A stretch of 64,000 bases of DNA from Antedon mediterranea (taxonomy: Eukaryota > Animalia > Echinodermata), in NCBI RefSeq assembly GCF_964355755.1, contig NC_092680.1, forward strand, positions 1,302,001 through 1,366,000, read 5' to 3'. Every line of letters begins with the position of its first letter. Position 1 is the first letter of the stretch. The notes beneath the pieces were generated by a model that searched no databases, had not been told where the DNA came from, and was given only the letters and a program-made list of their open reading frames with translations. The position numbers and the translations under genes were made by a program. This document shows positions 1-14,223 of this stretch, piece by piece.

Positions 1-169
1 GATTGGGTCAAATGGCCAAGTAGGGATGTGAAAACCATAATCATAAAGTCAGTGAATATTTAGTAAACTGACCAGCAGAAATTCAGATATAGTGCGACCA
101 ACTTTCATCAATCAAAACTGTAGTAATTTCCATCTTCTCCGCTAATACTTATGGTTTTTTATTTTGTAG

Positions 170-849
170 TTACATGGTTATTGCTAACCGAAATCTACCC
201 ACTCGGTGTTCGTGGAAGAGCGACCTCACTGGCGACGACATTGAACTGGGGAACAAATATGGTGTTGTCACTTACATTCCTAAATCTCATGAGTTAGTTA
301 AATTTGTTTTGCTTTATTTTAAAAGAATTATTAAAAGTTATTTAGACAGGAGACATTTAAGGCAGGGCACAATAAACTGACATTAATTAATCAGCTAGGC
401 TTTGCAATTTATTTGTTTGTATGGTCGAACAAGACTTCTTGGATAAAGATTATATACAATAATAATAATTATATGTATTTCAACAAAGAATTATCTGGCA
501 TGGATTTGATCAGTTAACATTTTACTGATGATGAATAAAAGACGTCATCTCTAAAAAAAAATCTCAATGTTGAATAGGAATGGAATAATCTTGGTTCTGA
601 CAATCAGTCATCCATTACCCTACAATCATTTACACAGAGAAGAACAACTATGAGGTGACATATACCTAAGTAGTTAAATAAAGTTATAATAAATTCGGAC
701 GTAAATTTTGTTTTAGATGCTATAGGTATTGCAACGTTATTCTTGGTGTACGGTGCATTCTGTCTGGTTGCCATACTCTTTATATATGTAGCTGTTCCAG
801 AAACTAAAAACAAGACATTAGAAGAAATATCAAAAGATTTAAGTGAAAG
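170..849 (+). CDS. Sugar porter (MFS) transporter, SLC2A10/SLC2A12 (GLUT10/12)-like; 3' exons only
   Basis: AG/GT-bounded exons 170-292 (TWLLLTEIYPLGVRGRATSLATTLNWGTNMVLSLTFLNLM) and 717-849 (AIGIATLFLVYGAFCLVAILFIYVAVPETKNKTLEEISKDLSE). The EIYP..RG and PETK..TLEEI motifs are sugar-porter signatures. The 5' part lies outside the window. Confidence 0.88.
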
Positions 850-1319
850 GTTTGTTTTTTTGCTTTTAGAACAAAAATAAATTAAAATGTTCAATAAATT
901 GTCCAGATTTACCTATACTACATTGTAGACATTGAAACATTGTAAAAATTGTCTTGCTGCTATTTTTTACACAGTTTTACATATTTTTGTACAGATATTA
1001 ACTTTACCGCATACAAAGACATAGAAAAATCTGCCTTATTTACAATTTGTACGCAGTTCGTCAATTTTAGTTCTTCTACTACGCCTTTAAATCTGCCTTG
1101 AAAACTCATCTTTTTCTTTCAAATTGAGCTTTCTCATACGCCTTTGATCACTTACTGCTGGAATTGGCGCATTACAAATTCATATTATTATTATTATTAT
1201 TTACCTCTGTTACTTTGCTCACATGACAGTGCTTGGTAAACAGATACCAAGGGTCAACCAACAAATATAAATTGATAACACTATATCACTCTTCCTTTGG
1301 TACACTGTACATATTCTAG

Positions 1320-1377
1320 GAGGTATTGCTGTAGTGGTTCTTTTGATTCTACGTATATGAATTTGGACAATGATTAA
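1320..1377 (+). CDS. Candidate terminal exon A of the sugar transporter
   Basis: TTCTAG acceptor, phase compatible with the donor after 849, reads RYCCSGSFDSTYMNLDND*. Confidence 0.35.
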
Positions 1378-1622
1378 AGGAGAATGTAAATTGTTATGTT
1401 ACTACTAACTTTAAATACATTAATTTTCCCTTTTTGTTTCTTTTTTACTATTTATATTTGGTTCTTTTTATTCTTTTTTTTTATGTTTATACTTTGCTTT
1501 GTTGCATTGTTTTCTTTGTTCATCTTTTTAATTTAATTTGTTTTCTGTTCATAATTTTGTTTATTGTGCCAATATTATTGCCAAGTGCGGATAAACCCTT
1601 GTTATTGTCAGGATCTTTTTTT

Positions 1623-2822
1623 TAGGCTATCGCTCTCTGTAGAGCGATAGCCTATTGTTATTGTCACAAATTTCATTTTTTCGGCTCAATTTTTGTGTCA
1701 CGCAGATCTCAAAAACGGCGGTAGCAGTTATGTTGTAACTTGGCCAGCAGATGCACGTATATATGTAGTTGTGCAACAAACTTTGGTTTAATGAAAATAT
1801 GGTCGCGTAGCGTAACTACGCGCGATTTTCTGAAATTCTTAGATTGACTATAACTTGAAAACCAATAGCTATTTTTAAATACCACTTGACACACGTATGC
1901 TTCATGTCAAGGGTCATCTTCCTGTATCATCAGCAAAATTTTGAACATTGGTCAAATCGTGCGTACGCGCGCTTTGAAAGTTAAAAATGCTCAAAATCAA
2001 TTTCTAATCAACTTTCTACACGTTTCAGGACATTTTAAGCATTTCACATTTTTCAAAAAAAATTGCGTTGCGCGCGCGCTATTGCGCACTTCGTTCGTAC
2101 GCAGCCTAGAAAGCCCGTTTTTGCGCTTGATTATTGTTTTTCATAGTTTTATGATATATTTCTTTCATATTTGATGAATTATGAATGCAAAATAATGACA
2201 CACGTGCACGTCAAACTTTAAAAATCGTGCGCTTGAAAATTGGTAATTTTATGCAAATTTGTGTAAAAATATGCCTATTTTGAATCGATTATAGCTCTCC
2301 GGGATGTCTGGTGACCCCCAATTTTTTTAACCTAATATGTAAGCATATATATTGTAGATATGAATTCATGCAAAATTTTTACCTCTGGGCTGTTGTGACA
2401 TCATCGTATGGCCACACAAATGTAAAATATAGGGATTTTGTCTCTTTCGACACAGTTCGTCACATTCAATAGAGCGCATACCGCGTAAACGTTATCAATT
2501 TACTTCCAATTTTCAATATTTTATTACTAAAATAATTCCTTTTTAGACTTATGAACTTTTTTTTTAATTTGAAAAGGTCATCATTTTCAAATAATTGAAT
2601 AAACGTGAGTGGTATAAAATAAAAAATAACCGTCAACTAAACCGTTTACAATGCTAATACCGTCAACTGTTGACACTTATTAAACGATTTTGATGTATTC
2701 CAGCTGTTCTTTACAATCGTTGTAGTGCAGCCTATTGTAGACTAAGCATAATAAATAACATGTGCGTGTTACGATGCGTTGGGCGATAGCCTAACTCGTC
2801 AACGTGACGAGTTCAAATCTAG
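1623..2822 (+). mobile_element. Non-autonomous Helentron-like (HINE/DINE-1-type) element, subfamily A
   Basis: 5' hairpin TAGGCTATCGCTCT-ctgt-AGAGCGATAGCCTA (1623-1654), 3' subterminal inverted copy GCGATAGCCT (~2783), 3' stem-loop AACTCGTC-aacgt-GACGAGTT (2793-2813), CTAG end, T tracts on both sides. Confidence 0.75.
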
Positions 2823-2849
2823 TTTTTTTTCTTCTTTTTCTGTGTTATT

Positions 2850-5800
2850 AGTTATCCGCTTAGTAGCGGATAACTCCTTGTAATCGTCCTGTTACTTTTT
2901 TTTTTTTTTTTTTTTTTTTTTAGTTATCCCACTTGGCGGATAACTCCTTGTGATTGTATGGGATCATCATTTTTTTTTTTTTCTGTATTATTAGTTATCC
3001 GCTTAGTAGCGGATAACTTCTTGTAATCGTCCTGTTACTTTTTTTTTTTTTTTTTTTTCTTATTTCTTTCTCCTCCATTTTTGTGCCTCACGTATCTCAA
3101 AAACTTGTAAACTAAACATTTCATAACTTTGTCAACATATGGGCGTTTACGTGAAGTTGTGCACCTCCTATTTTTGAATGACGTCAGAGTTGCGCAACGT
3201 GACTTACGTGCGATTTTATGATTTTTTATGATTGATCATAGACTAAAAACCAAGCATAAATTTGTTTTGACACTTTGTGAAAATTTAAGTCATATCGAGG
3301 GCAAACTTTTTGTGGATTAAAAATGCCATGTTTTACAAGACGTTACGCGCGCACGCGCATTTCTCCTCTATTTTTGTATCTCGCGTATCTCAAAAACGTG
3401 TAAACATAACATTTCATAACTTTGTCAACATATGGGCATTCACGTGAAGTTGTGCACCTCCTATTGTGAATGACGTCAGAAATGCGCAACGTGACTTACG
3501 CACGATTTTATGAATTTCGCGTATTTAACATAGATTTAAAACCATATAACAATTTAAATTGAAACTTAGCAAAAGTTTAATTTATATCATGCGCTAACTT
3601 TCTGTGGGAAAAAAATTGCGTGTTTTACACAAAGTTACGCGCGCACGCGCATTTAAAATTCAAAATGCGCAAAATTAATTTTTAATCAACTTTCTACGCT
3701 GATTATGACATTTTGACCATGTCAAAATTTCCCACGTGCGCGAACAATTTTATGCGCGTGGTGCGCACGTAGCGCTAAAAGTATTTTTTTTTTATTGAAT
3801 TATGTTTTTCCAGCCTTTTATAGTAATTTTACCAATTTTAAAACAATTTCGACTTACAATTACGTCATACGGGCACGTTGAATTGGATACTTTACGTGCG
3901 TTTTTGATGAAAAAGTTAAAAAATTTGTCAAAATTATGCCTTTTTTTAAACAGTCATAGATTCTAAACAACGAGGTAAACTTTTTTTTAATTACATATTC
4001 TGGAAGTTGATGAGTTGTAGAAATCGGATCATGAATCAATATGGCTAACCGGACATTGTGACGTCATCGTATGGCCACACGAATGTAAAGTATAGGATTT
4101 TTGTCTCTTTCGTTATTGCTCATCATATTCAATGGAGCGCATCACGCCTATCTGTATTCCTTTTTCTCTGAGATTTTAATATTGTCTAGGTCAATCAACT
4201 ATCTTACGCATGAGTTAAAAATATTTTAATTTTTATGACGTCACCATGCCTAAAAATTTTAATTAACAGCGTCATTAATTTCATCTTTACAGTAAATTTT
4301 AATCTGTTATAGCTCGTAAGAATAAAATGTGATAATCACGATTAAAACGTTTTCAGGAAGCTATGGGATTGTAGATACGAAATCATGTGAACTTTTCGCC
4401 AATCAGATGTTGTGACGTCATCATATGGCCAGTTAAATAAACAAAGTCATATTTTCATCTTTTGCGTCATAGTTCATTACATTTAAAAAAGCGCGCATTA
4501 ACATTTCACGTATTCAAATTTCTTCTAAACGTTAATATGTTGTTGCTGAGATAATTTTCTTCCGAAATTACTACAGTACCTTCGCGTTTCCTTTTGAAAA
4601 TTAAAATAAAATACGGGTCCCGTAATTTCACCTATTTTACACTGTTTGTGACATGTATACAGATTATACTGTGTATACTATATGACAGAAAATATACAGC
4701 ATTCAGTACTAACAACACATCATATTCTTCAGTTCAGGTCATAATGACATAATTTTTTTCGGTGTGCAATATTCCAACGTATGACGTGCACGTGGCGTTT
4801 GTCGTGGTGCGGATAACTAACTCGTCAAAGTGACGAGTTTCATTCTTTCTTTCTGTCAATTTTGTGTCTCGCGTATCTCAAAAACTTGTAAACAAAACAT
4901 TTTATAACTTTGTCAACATGTGGGCATTCACGTGAAATTGTGCACCTCCTATTGTGAATGACGTCAGAATTGCGCAACGTGATTTACGCGCGTTTTAACG
5001 AATTTCGCGTATTTAACATAGATCGAAAACCATATAGCAATTTAAATTGAAACTTAACAAAAGTTTAATTTATATCTTGCGCTAACTGACTGTGGGAAAA
5101 AAATGGCATGTTTCACACGAAGTTACGCGCGCACGCGCGTTTAAAATTTCAAAATGCGAAAAATCAATTTCTAATCAACTTTCTACGCGTTTCATGACAT
5201 TTTGAGCAAGTCAAAAATTCCCACGTGCGCGCATTTTTTTACGCGCGCGGTGGCCACGTACCGTGAAAAACATCTTTTTTTCGTATGAATTATGTTTTTC
5301 CAGCCTTCTAGAGTAATTTTACCATTTTAAAACCATTTTTGACTTAAAATTACGTCATACGAGCACGTCGAATTGGAAAATTTTCGCGCGTTTTTGATGA
5401 AAAAGTTCCAAAATTCATGAAAATTATGCCTTTTTTTAAACAGTCATAGATTCTAAACTATGAGGTGAACTTTTTTTTAAATTACATATTCTGGAAGTTA
5501 ATGAGTTGTAGATATCGGATGATGGATCAATATGGCTAACCGGACATTGTGACGTCATCGTATGGCCACACGAATGCAAAATATAGGAATTTTTTCTCTT
5601 CGTTATTGCTCATCACATTCAATGGAGCGCATCACGCTTATCCGTATTCCATTTTCTGCAAGATTTTAATACTGTCTAGGTCAATCAACTATCTTTCCAA
5701 TGAGTTAAAAATATTTAAATTTTTATAACGTCATCATGTCTAAAAATGTAAATAACGTGGGTCACTTATTTTCATCTTTACAGTAAATTTCAATCTGTTA

Positions 5801-8800
5801 TAGCTCGTAAGAATAAAAAGTGATAATCATGATTAAAACGTTTTCTGGAAGCTATTGGATTGTAGATACGAATTCATGTAAAAATTTTGCTAATCAGATG
5901 TTATGACGTCATCATATGGCCAGTTAACTAAAAAATGTCGTATTTTCACCTTTTGCGTCATAGTTTATCACATTTAAAAGAGCGCGCATCTATATTTTAC
6001 GTATTCAAATTCCTTCTACATGTTAATATGTTGTTGCTGAGATAATTTCCTTCCGAAATTGCTATCTTAGAGTTTAATTTTGATACCGTAGCCATGTTAA
6101 AAATATGAATAAATGGCGGGTCCCATAATTTCACCTATTCTGCACTGTATGTAATATGTATACATATTATACTGTTTATACTGTATAATATGACACAAAA
6201 TTGACAGAATTCAGCACTAACAACATATCATATTTTTCAGGTCATAATGCCATAATCTTTTTCTGTGTGCAATATTCCAACGTATGACGTGCACGTGGCG
6301 TTTGTCGTGCGGATAACTAACTCGTCAAAGTGACGAGTTTCATTCTTCTTTCCTTCCTTCCTTTTTGTGAGTCGCGTTTCTCTAAAATGTGTAAACATAA
6401 CATTTCATAACTTTGACAACATATGGGCATTTACGTGAAGTTGTGCACCTCCTATTTTTGAATGACGTCATAGTTGCGCAACGTGACTTACGCGCAATTT
6501 TATGAATTTCAATGATTGATCATAGATTAAAAACCAAAAGTCATTTAGTATTGACACTTTGACAAAATTTAAGTCATATTAGGGGCAAACTTTCTACGGA
6601 TTAAAAATGGCATGTTTCACAAAAAGTTACGCGCGCACGCGCATTTAAAATTTCAAAATGCGCAAAATTAATTTCTAATCAACTTTTTACGCGTTTCATG
6701 TCATTTTGAGCATGTCAAAAATTCCCACGGGCGCGCAATTTTTTACGCACGCGGTGCGCACGTAGCGATAAAAACATATTTTTTTCTCTTGAATTATATT
6801 TTTCAAGCCTTTCCTAGTAATTTTGAAAACAATTTAGAACTTTTCCAGTTTAAATAACGCCATACGAACACGTTGAATTAGACAATTTGTGCGCGTTTTT
6901 TATGAAAAAGCTTAAAAAATCATCAAAATAATGTCTTTTTTTAAACAGTCATAGTTTCTAAAGTAAACCGTGAACCGTTTATTTTTATTACAAAATCTAG
7001 AAGTTGATGAGTTGCAGATATCGGATCATGCATCGATAAGGCTAAAAAAACATTGTGACGTAATCGTATGGCCACACGAATGTAAAATATAGGATTTTTG
7101 TCTGTTTCGTTATTGCTCATCACATTCAATGGAGCGCATCACGCTTATCTGTATTCCTTTTTCTCCTATATTTATATATTGTCTAGGTCAATCAACTTTC
7201 TTTAGCATGAGATAAAAATATTTAAATTTTTATAACGTCATCATGCCTAAAAATTTTAATTACGTGGGTCATTAATTTCATCTTTACAGTAAATTTTAAT
7301 CTGTAATAGCTCGTAAGAATAAAATGTGATAATCACGATTAAAACGTTTTCTGGAAGCTATAGGATTGTAGATACGAATTCATGTAAACATTTTGCCAAT
7401 CGGATGTTGTGACGTCATCATATTGCCAGTTGAATAAAAAAAGTCGTATTTTCATATTTTGCGTAATAGTTCATCACATTTAAATGTGCGCGCACCAACA
7501 TTTTACGTATTCAAATTTCTTCTACACGTTAATATGTTGTTGCTAAGATAATTTTCTTCAGAAATTGCTATCGTTGTGTTGTTTTTTTTATGACGTCATC
7601 ATGTTAAATATTTGAATTAAAGGCAGGTCCCATAATTCAGTTAATATGTCATATAATATACAGTAGTACAATGTACACCAGCATAGTCTCTGATGTGAGC
7701 AAATTGTTGTTTGCCGCCCTCTGTATCATGTAGAATTAATGACTCCTTTTATACACAGTGTACTGTATAATTATAATACAAGGCGAAAATACAGGACCAC
7801 CTCTTATTATAGTTTTTAACTTATGACGTGCACGTGGCATCTGTCGTGCGGATAACTAACTCGTCAAAGTGACGAGTTTCATGTCTAGTTCTTATTTCTT
7901 TCCTTCCATTTTTGTGTAGAGCGTTTCTCTAACATGTGTAAACATAACATTTCATAACTTTGAAAACATGTGGGCATTTACGTGAAGTTGTGTACCTCCT
8001 ATTTTTTAATGACGTCAGAGTTGCGCAACGTGACTTACGCGCGATTTATGATTTGTTATGATTGATCATAGATTAAAAACTAAAAGTGATTTTTAATTGA
8101 CACTTTGTGAAATTATAATTTATATCATGCGCTAACTTTCTGTTGGGAAAAAATTGCGTGTTTTACACAAAGTTACGCGCGCACGCGCATTTAAAATTTC
8201 AAAATGCGCAAAAATAATTTCTAATCAACTTTCTACGCGTTTCATGTCATTTTAAGCATGTCAAAAATTACCGCGCGCGCGAAAAATATTACGCGTACGG
8301 TGCGCATAGAGCATGAAAATCATGTTTTTTTCTCTTGAATTGTGATTTTCCAGCCTTTCCTACTCATTTTCAAAAAGATTGACATCATTTCAAATTAAAA
8401 TTACGTCATACGAACACGTTGATTTAGCCCATTTGCGCGCGTTTTAGTTGAAAAAGTTACAAAATGTTGTCAAAATTATGCCTATTTTGAATCTTTTATA
8501 GCTTCTCAGGATCAACGATTACCCCTAATTTTTGTAATTAATATGTAAGCAGATATGTTGTAGATATGAATTCATGCAGAATTTTTACCTCACGGATGTT
8601 GTGACGTCATCATATGGCCACACGAATGTAAAATATAGGATTTTATTGTCTTTCGTTATTGCTCATCATATTCAATGGAGCGCATCACGCTTATACGTAT
8701 TCCTTTTTCTCCGAGATTTTAATATTGTCTAGGTCAATCAACTATCTTTCACATGGGATAAAAATATTTTAATTTTTATGACGTCATCATGCCTAACAAT

Positions 8801-11800
8801 TTTAATTACGTGGGTCATTAATTTCATCTTTACAGTAAATTTTAATCTGTTATAGCCCTTAAAAATAAAATTTGATAATCACGATTAAAACATTTTCTGG
8901 AAGCTATTGGATTGTAGATATGAAATCATGTAAAAATTTTGCCAATCGGATGTTGTGACGTCATCATATGACCAGTTAAATAAAAAAGTCGTATTTTCAT
9001 CTTTTGCGTCATAATTTATTCCATTTAAAAGAGCGCGCAATAATATTTTACGTATTTAAATTTCTTCTACACATTAATATGTTGTTGCAGAGATAATTTC
9101 CTTCCGAAATTGCTATCTTAGTGTTTCATTTTGATACCGTCGCCATGTTAAAAATTGGAATAAATGGCGGGTCCAGTCATTTCACCTATTCTACACTGTA
9201 TGTAATATGTATACAGATTATATTGTATATACTATATGACAAAAAATAACAGAATTCAGCAATAACAACATATCATATTCTTCAGTTCAGGTCATATTGC
9301 CATAATATTTTTCTGTGTGCAATATTCTAACGTATGACGTGCACGTGGCCTTTGTCGTGCGGATAACTAACTCGTCAAAGTGACGAGTTACATGTCTAGT
9401 TTTTTTCTTATTTCTTTCTCCCTCATTTTTGTGCCTCACGTATCTCAAAAACTTGTAAACATAACATTTCATAACTTTGTCAACATATGGGCATTTACGT
9501 GAAGTTGTGCACCTCCTATTTTTAAATGACGTCAGAGTTGCGCAACGTGACTTACGTGCGATTTTATGATTTTTTATGATTGATCATAGACTAAAAACCA
9601 AGCATCAATTTGTTTTGACACTTTGTGAAAATTTAAGTCATATCAAGGGCAAACTTTTTGTGGATTAAAAATGCCATGTTTTACAAGACGTTACGCGCGC
9701 ACGCGCATTTCTCCTCTATTTTTGTATCTCGCGTATCTCAAAAACGTGTAAACATAACATTTCATAACTTTGTCAACATATGGGCATTCACGTGAAGTTG
9801 TGCACCTCCTATTGTGAATGACGTCAGAAATGCGCAACGTGACTTACGCACGATTTTATGAATTTCGCGTATTTAACATAGATTTAAAACCATATAACAA
9901 TTTAAATTGAAATTTAGCAAAACTTTAATTTATATCATGCGCTAACTTTTTGTGGAAAAAAATTGCGTGTTTTACACAAAGTTACGCGCGCACGCGCATT
10001 TAAAATTAAAAATTCGCAAAATTAATTTTTAATCAACTTTCTACGCTGATCATGACATTTTGACCATGTCAAAATTTCCCACGCGCGCGAACAATTTTAT
10101 GCGCGTGGTGCGCACGTAGCGCTAAAAGTATTTTTTTTTTATTGAATTATGTTTTTCCAGCCTTTTATAGTAATTTTACAAATTTTAAAACAATTTCGAC
10201 TTACAATTACGTCATACGGGCACGTTGAATTGGATACTTTACGTGCGTTTTTGATGAAAAAGTTAAAAAATTTGTCAAAATTATGCCTTTTTTTAAACAG
10301 TCATAGATTCTAAACAACGAGGTGAACTTTTTTTTAATTACATATTCTGGAAGTTGACGAGTTGTAGAAATCGGATCATGAATCAATATGGCTAACCGGA
10401 CATTGTGACGTCATCGTATGGCCACACGAATGTAAAATATAGGATTTTTGTTTCTTTCGTTATTGCTCATCATATTCAATGGAGCGCATCACGCCTATCT
10501 GTATTCCTTTTTCTCTGAGATTTTAATATTGTCTAGGTCAATCAACTATCTTACGCATGAGTTAAAAATATTTTAATTTTTATGACGTCACCATGCCTAA
10601 AAATTTTAATTAACAGCGTCATTAATTTCATCTTTACAGTAAATTTTAATCTGTTATAGCTCGTAAGAATAAAATGTGATAATCACGATTAAAACGTTTT
10701 CAGGAAGCTATGGGATTGTAGATACGAAATCATGTGAACTTTTCAGCAATCAGATGTTGTGACGTCATCATATGGCCAGTTAAATAAACAAAGTCATATT
10801 TTCATCTTTTGCGTCATAGTTCATTACATTTAAAAAAGCGCGCATTAATATTTCACGTATTCAAATTTCTTCTAAACGTTAATATGTTGTTGCTGAGATA
10901 ATTTTCTTCCGAAATTACTACTGTACCTTCGCGTTTCCTTTTGAAAATTAAAATAAAATACGGGTCCCGTAATTTCACCTATTTTACACTGTTTGTGACA
11001 TGTATACAGATTATACTGTGTATACTATATGACAGAAAATATACAGCATTCAGCACTAACAACATATCATATTCTTCAGTTCAGGTCATAATGACATAAT
11101 CTTTTTCGGTGTGCAATATTCCAACGTATGACGTGCACGTGGCGTTTGTCGTGCGGATAACTAACTCGTCAAAGTGACGAGTTTCATGTCTAGTTCTTCT
11201 TTCTTTCTCCTCCATTTTTGTGTCTCGCGTATCTCAAAAACTTGTACACATAACATTTCATAACTTTGTCATCATATGGACATTTACGTGAAGTTGTGCA
11301 CCTCCTATTTTTTAATGACGTCAGAGTTGCGCAACGTGACTTACGCGCGATTTTATGAATTTCATTGATTGATCATAGGATAAAAAATAAAAGTCATTTT
11401 GTATTGACACTTGGTGAATATTTAAGTCATATCAAGGGCAAACTTTCTATGGATTAAAAATGGCATGTTTTACAAGAAGTTACGTGCACACGCGCATTTC
11501 TCCTCCATTTTTGTGTCTCGCGTATCTCAAAAACGTGTAAATATAACATTTCATAACTTTGTCAACATATGGGCATTCACGTGAAGTTGTGCACCTCCTA
11601 TTGTGAATGACCTCAGAAATGCGCAACGTGACTTACGCGCGATTTTATGAATTTCGCGTATTTAACATAGATTGAAAACCATATAACAATTTAAATTGAA
11701 ACTTAGCAAAAGTTTTAATTTATATCTTGCGCTAACTTTTTGTGCACTAAAAATGGCATGTTTTACACGAAGTTACGCGCGCACGCGCATTTAAAATTTA

Positions 11801-13480
11801 AAATGCGCAAAATTAATTTCTAATCAACTTTCTACGCTGATCATGACATTTTGAGCATGTCAAAAATTCCCACGCGCGCGAACAATCTTACGCGCGTGGT
11901 CCGCATGTAGCGCTAAAAACATCTTTTTTGCGTGAATTATGTTTTTTCAGCCTTTTATAGTAATTTTATCAACTTTTAAAACAATTTAGACTTAAAATTA
12001 CGTCATACGAGCACGTCGAATTGTACAATTTGTGCGTGTTTTTAATGAAAAAATAAAAAAATTCGTCAAAATTATGCCTTTTTTTAAACAATCATAGATT
12101 CTAAACTACGAGGTAAACTTTTTTTTACTTACATATTCTGGAAGGTGATGAGTTGTAGATATCGGATCATTAATCAATATGGTTAACCGGACATTGTGAC
12201 GTCATCGTATGGCCACACGAATGTAAAATATATGATTTTTGTCTCTTTCGTTATTGCTCCTCACATTAAATGGAGCGCATCACCAATATCTGTATTCCTT
12301 TTTCTCCGAGATTTTAATATTGTCTAGGTCAATCAACTATCTTACGCATGTGTTAAAAATATTTAATTTTTATGACATCATCATGCCTAAAAATTTAAAT
12401 TAGGTGTATACAGATTATACTGTGTACTTTAAAATGTATATACTATGACACAAAATAGACAGAATTTAGTACTAACAACATATCATATTCTTCAGTTCAG
12501 GTCATAATGCCATAATCTTTTTCTGTGTGCAACATTCCAACGTATGACGTGCACGTGGCGTTTGTCGAGCGGATAACTAACTCGTCAAAGTGACGAGTTT
12601 CATGTCTAGTTCTTCTTTCTTTCCCAGAATTTTGTGTCACGTGTATCTCAAATTCTGATCAACATTAGATCGTATAACTTTGTCAGAAGATTTACCTCTA
12701 TCTGTAGAAGTGCAGGACAGCTCGTTTTTTTACTATAGAGTCGCGCAGCGTAAGCTACGCGCGATTTTATGAATTTCGCGTATTTAACATAGACTAAAAA
12801 GCAAAAGGGATTTTGTAATGACACTTGGTGAACATTTAAGTCATATCAGGGGCAAACTTTCTATGGATTAAAAATGGCATGTTTGACATAAAGTTACGTG
12901 CGCACGCGCATTTAAAGTTTCAAAATGCGCAAAATTAATTTCTAATCAACTTTCTACGCTGATCATGACATTTTAAGCATGTCAAAAATTCCCACGCGCG
13001 CGAAAAAAATTACGCGTAAGGTGGGCACAGAGCATGAAAATCATGTGTTTTTTTCTTGAATTATGATTTTACAGCCTTTCTTAGTCATTTTAAAAAAGAT
13101 TTACATCATTTCAAATTAAAATGACGTCATACGAGCACGTTGATTTAGACCATTTGCGCGCGTTTTAGTTGAAAAAGTTACAAATATTGTCAAAATAATG
13201 CCTATTTTGAATCTATTATAGCTCCTCAGGATCATCCACGACCCCAATTTTTTTAATTTAATATGTAAGCAGATATGTTGTAGATATGAATTCATGCAGA
13301 ATGTTTACCTCTCGGATGTTCTGACGGCATCGTATGGCCACACGAATGTAAAATAGAGGATTTTTTACTCTTTCGTTATTGCTCATCACATTAAATAGAG
13401 CGCATCTCACTTTTACGTGCCCAAAATTCTTCAAATTTGTTTTAATGTAATTATTGAGATAAAATGGATCTCCACAGCAT
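2850..13480 (+). mobile_element. Array of ~7 Helentron-like non-autonomous units (1.4-1.8 kb each), subfamily B
   Basis: Heads AGTTATCCGCT-tagt-AGCGGATAACT at 2850 and 2993, variant head at 2922. Tails GCGGATAACT+AACTCGTCAAAGTGACGAGTT(+CATGTCTAG) near 4809, 6309, 7848, 9359, 11153 and 12569. Homologous bodies lie between them. The last unit (12612-~13480) has no tail. No RepHel ORF. Confidence 0.78.
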
Positions 13481-14223
13481 TCTTTCTCATTTTTTCAATT
13501 TTAATTTTATAAATTTAGTTTTTGTTTTATTATTACGTTCTTATTAAGGGCAAAGGTATATGCATATTAACAGAGGTAGGTTTGTTGACTGCCAACACTA
13601 GGTTCGGAGCATCTTGGCTTGATATATGAATTTTCTCCGCTCTTTTCTAATTTCTTTTTTCTTACTACAGTATGACAAACATAAGTGTACCATTGACTGC
13701 GAATGAAACATAATTTTTTTTTACTTCTAAATTTCAATTAACTTAACTTTGGTGGTTGGACTTTTGTTCCCATTTGGGTTATTTTACAATGGGTTTGCCT
13801 ACAATATACCTATGTGGATTATTTTGCATGACATAGTCCAAGTAGATATCTTTATCTTTCATTAATAAACTCTAACTTAATATAGATACAAGCCTGATAA
13901 CTCATTTTGAAGTCATTGACTTACCTGTATCTTGATTTCATTTGTAATTGTAATACTTTTCTCAATTATGTAATCAAAATATTAATATTGTTTGTAAAAT
14001 GGACACTAAAATATTGTTAATCTGACTTAATTTATTTTAAATTTTAATACATTTACTCAATTTATATATGTTACATATTTGACTTAGTATAATCCTATGC
14101 TTGTATTTATTACCATTATAATAATCAAAACATTTGCAATGCAAGAGAGAAAAATGTACAATGTTTAACACAAGTACAACTGCATATCCTATCATTTACT
14201 AAATCTAAAATTTGGCTTCACAG

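Noticed and set aside
604-894. 96 aa minus-strand ORF
   Set aside because: It is antisense to the sugar-transporter exon 717-849.
2850-13480. Regularly spaced hairpin ACTCGTCAAAGTGACGAGT as CRISPR repeats, attC-like sites or terminators
   Set aside because: The intervening 1.5 kb segments are homologous to each other and non-coding. The subTIR + hairpin + CTAG layout fits Helentron-type ends.
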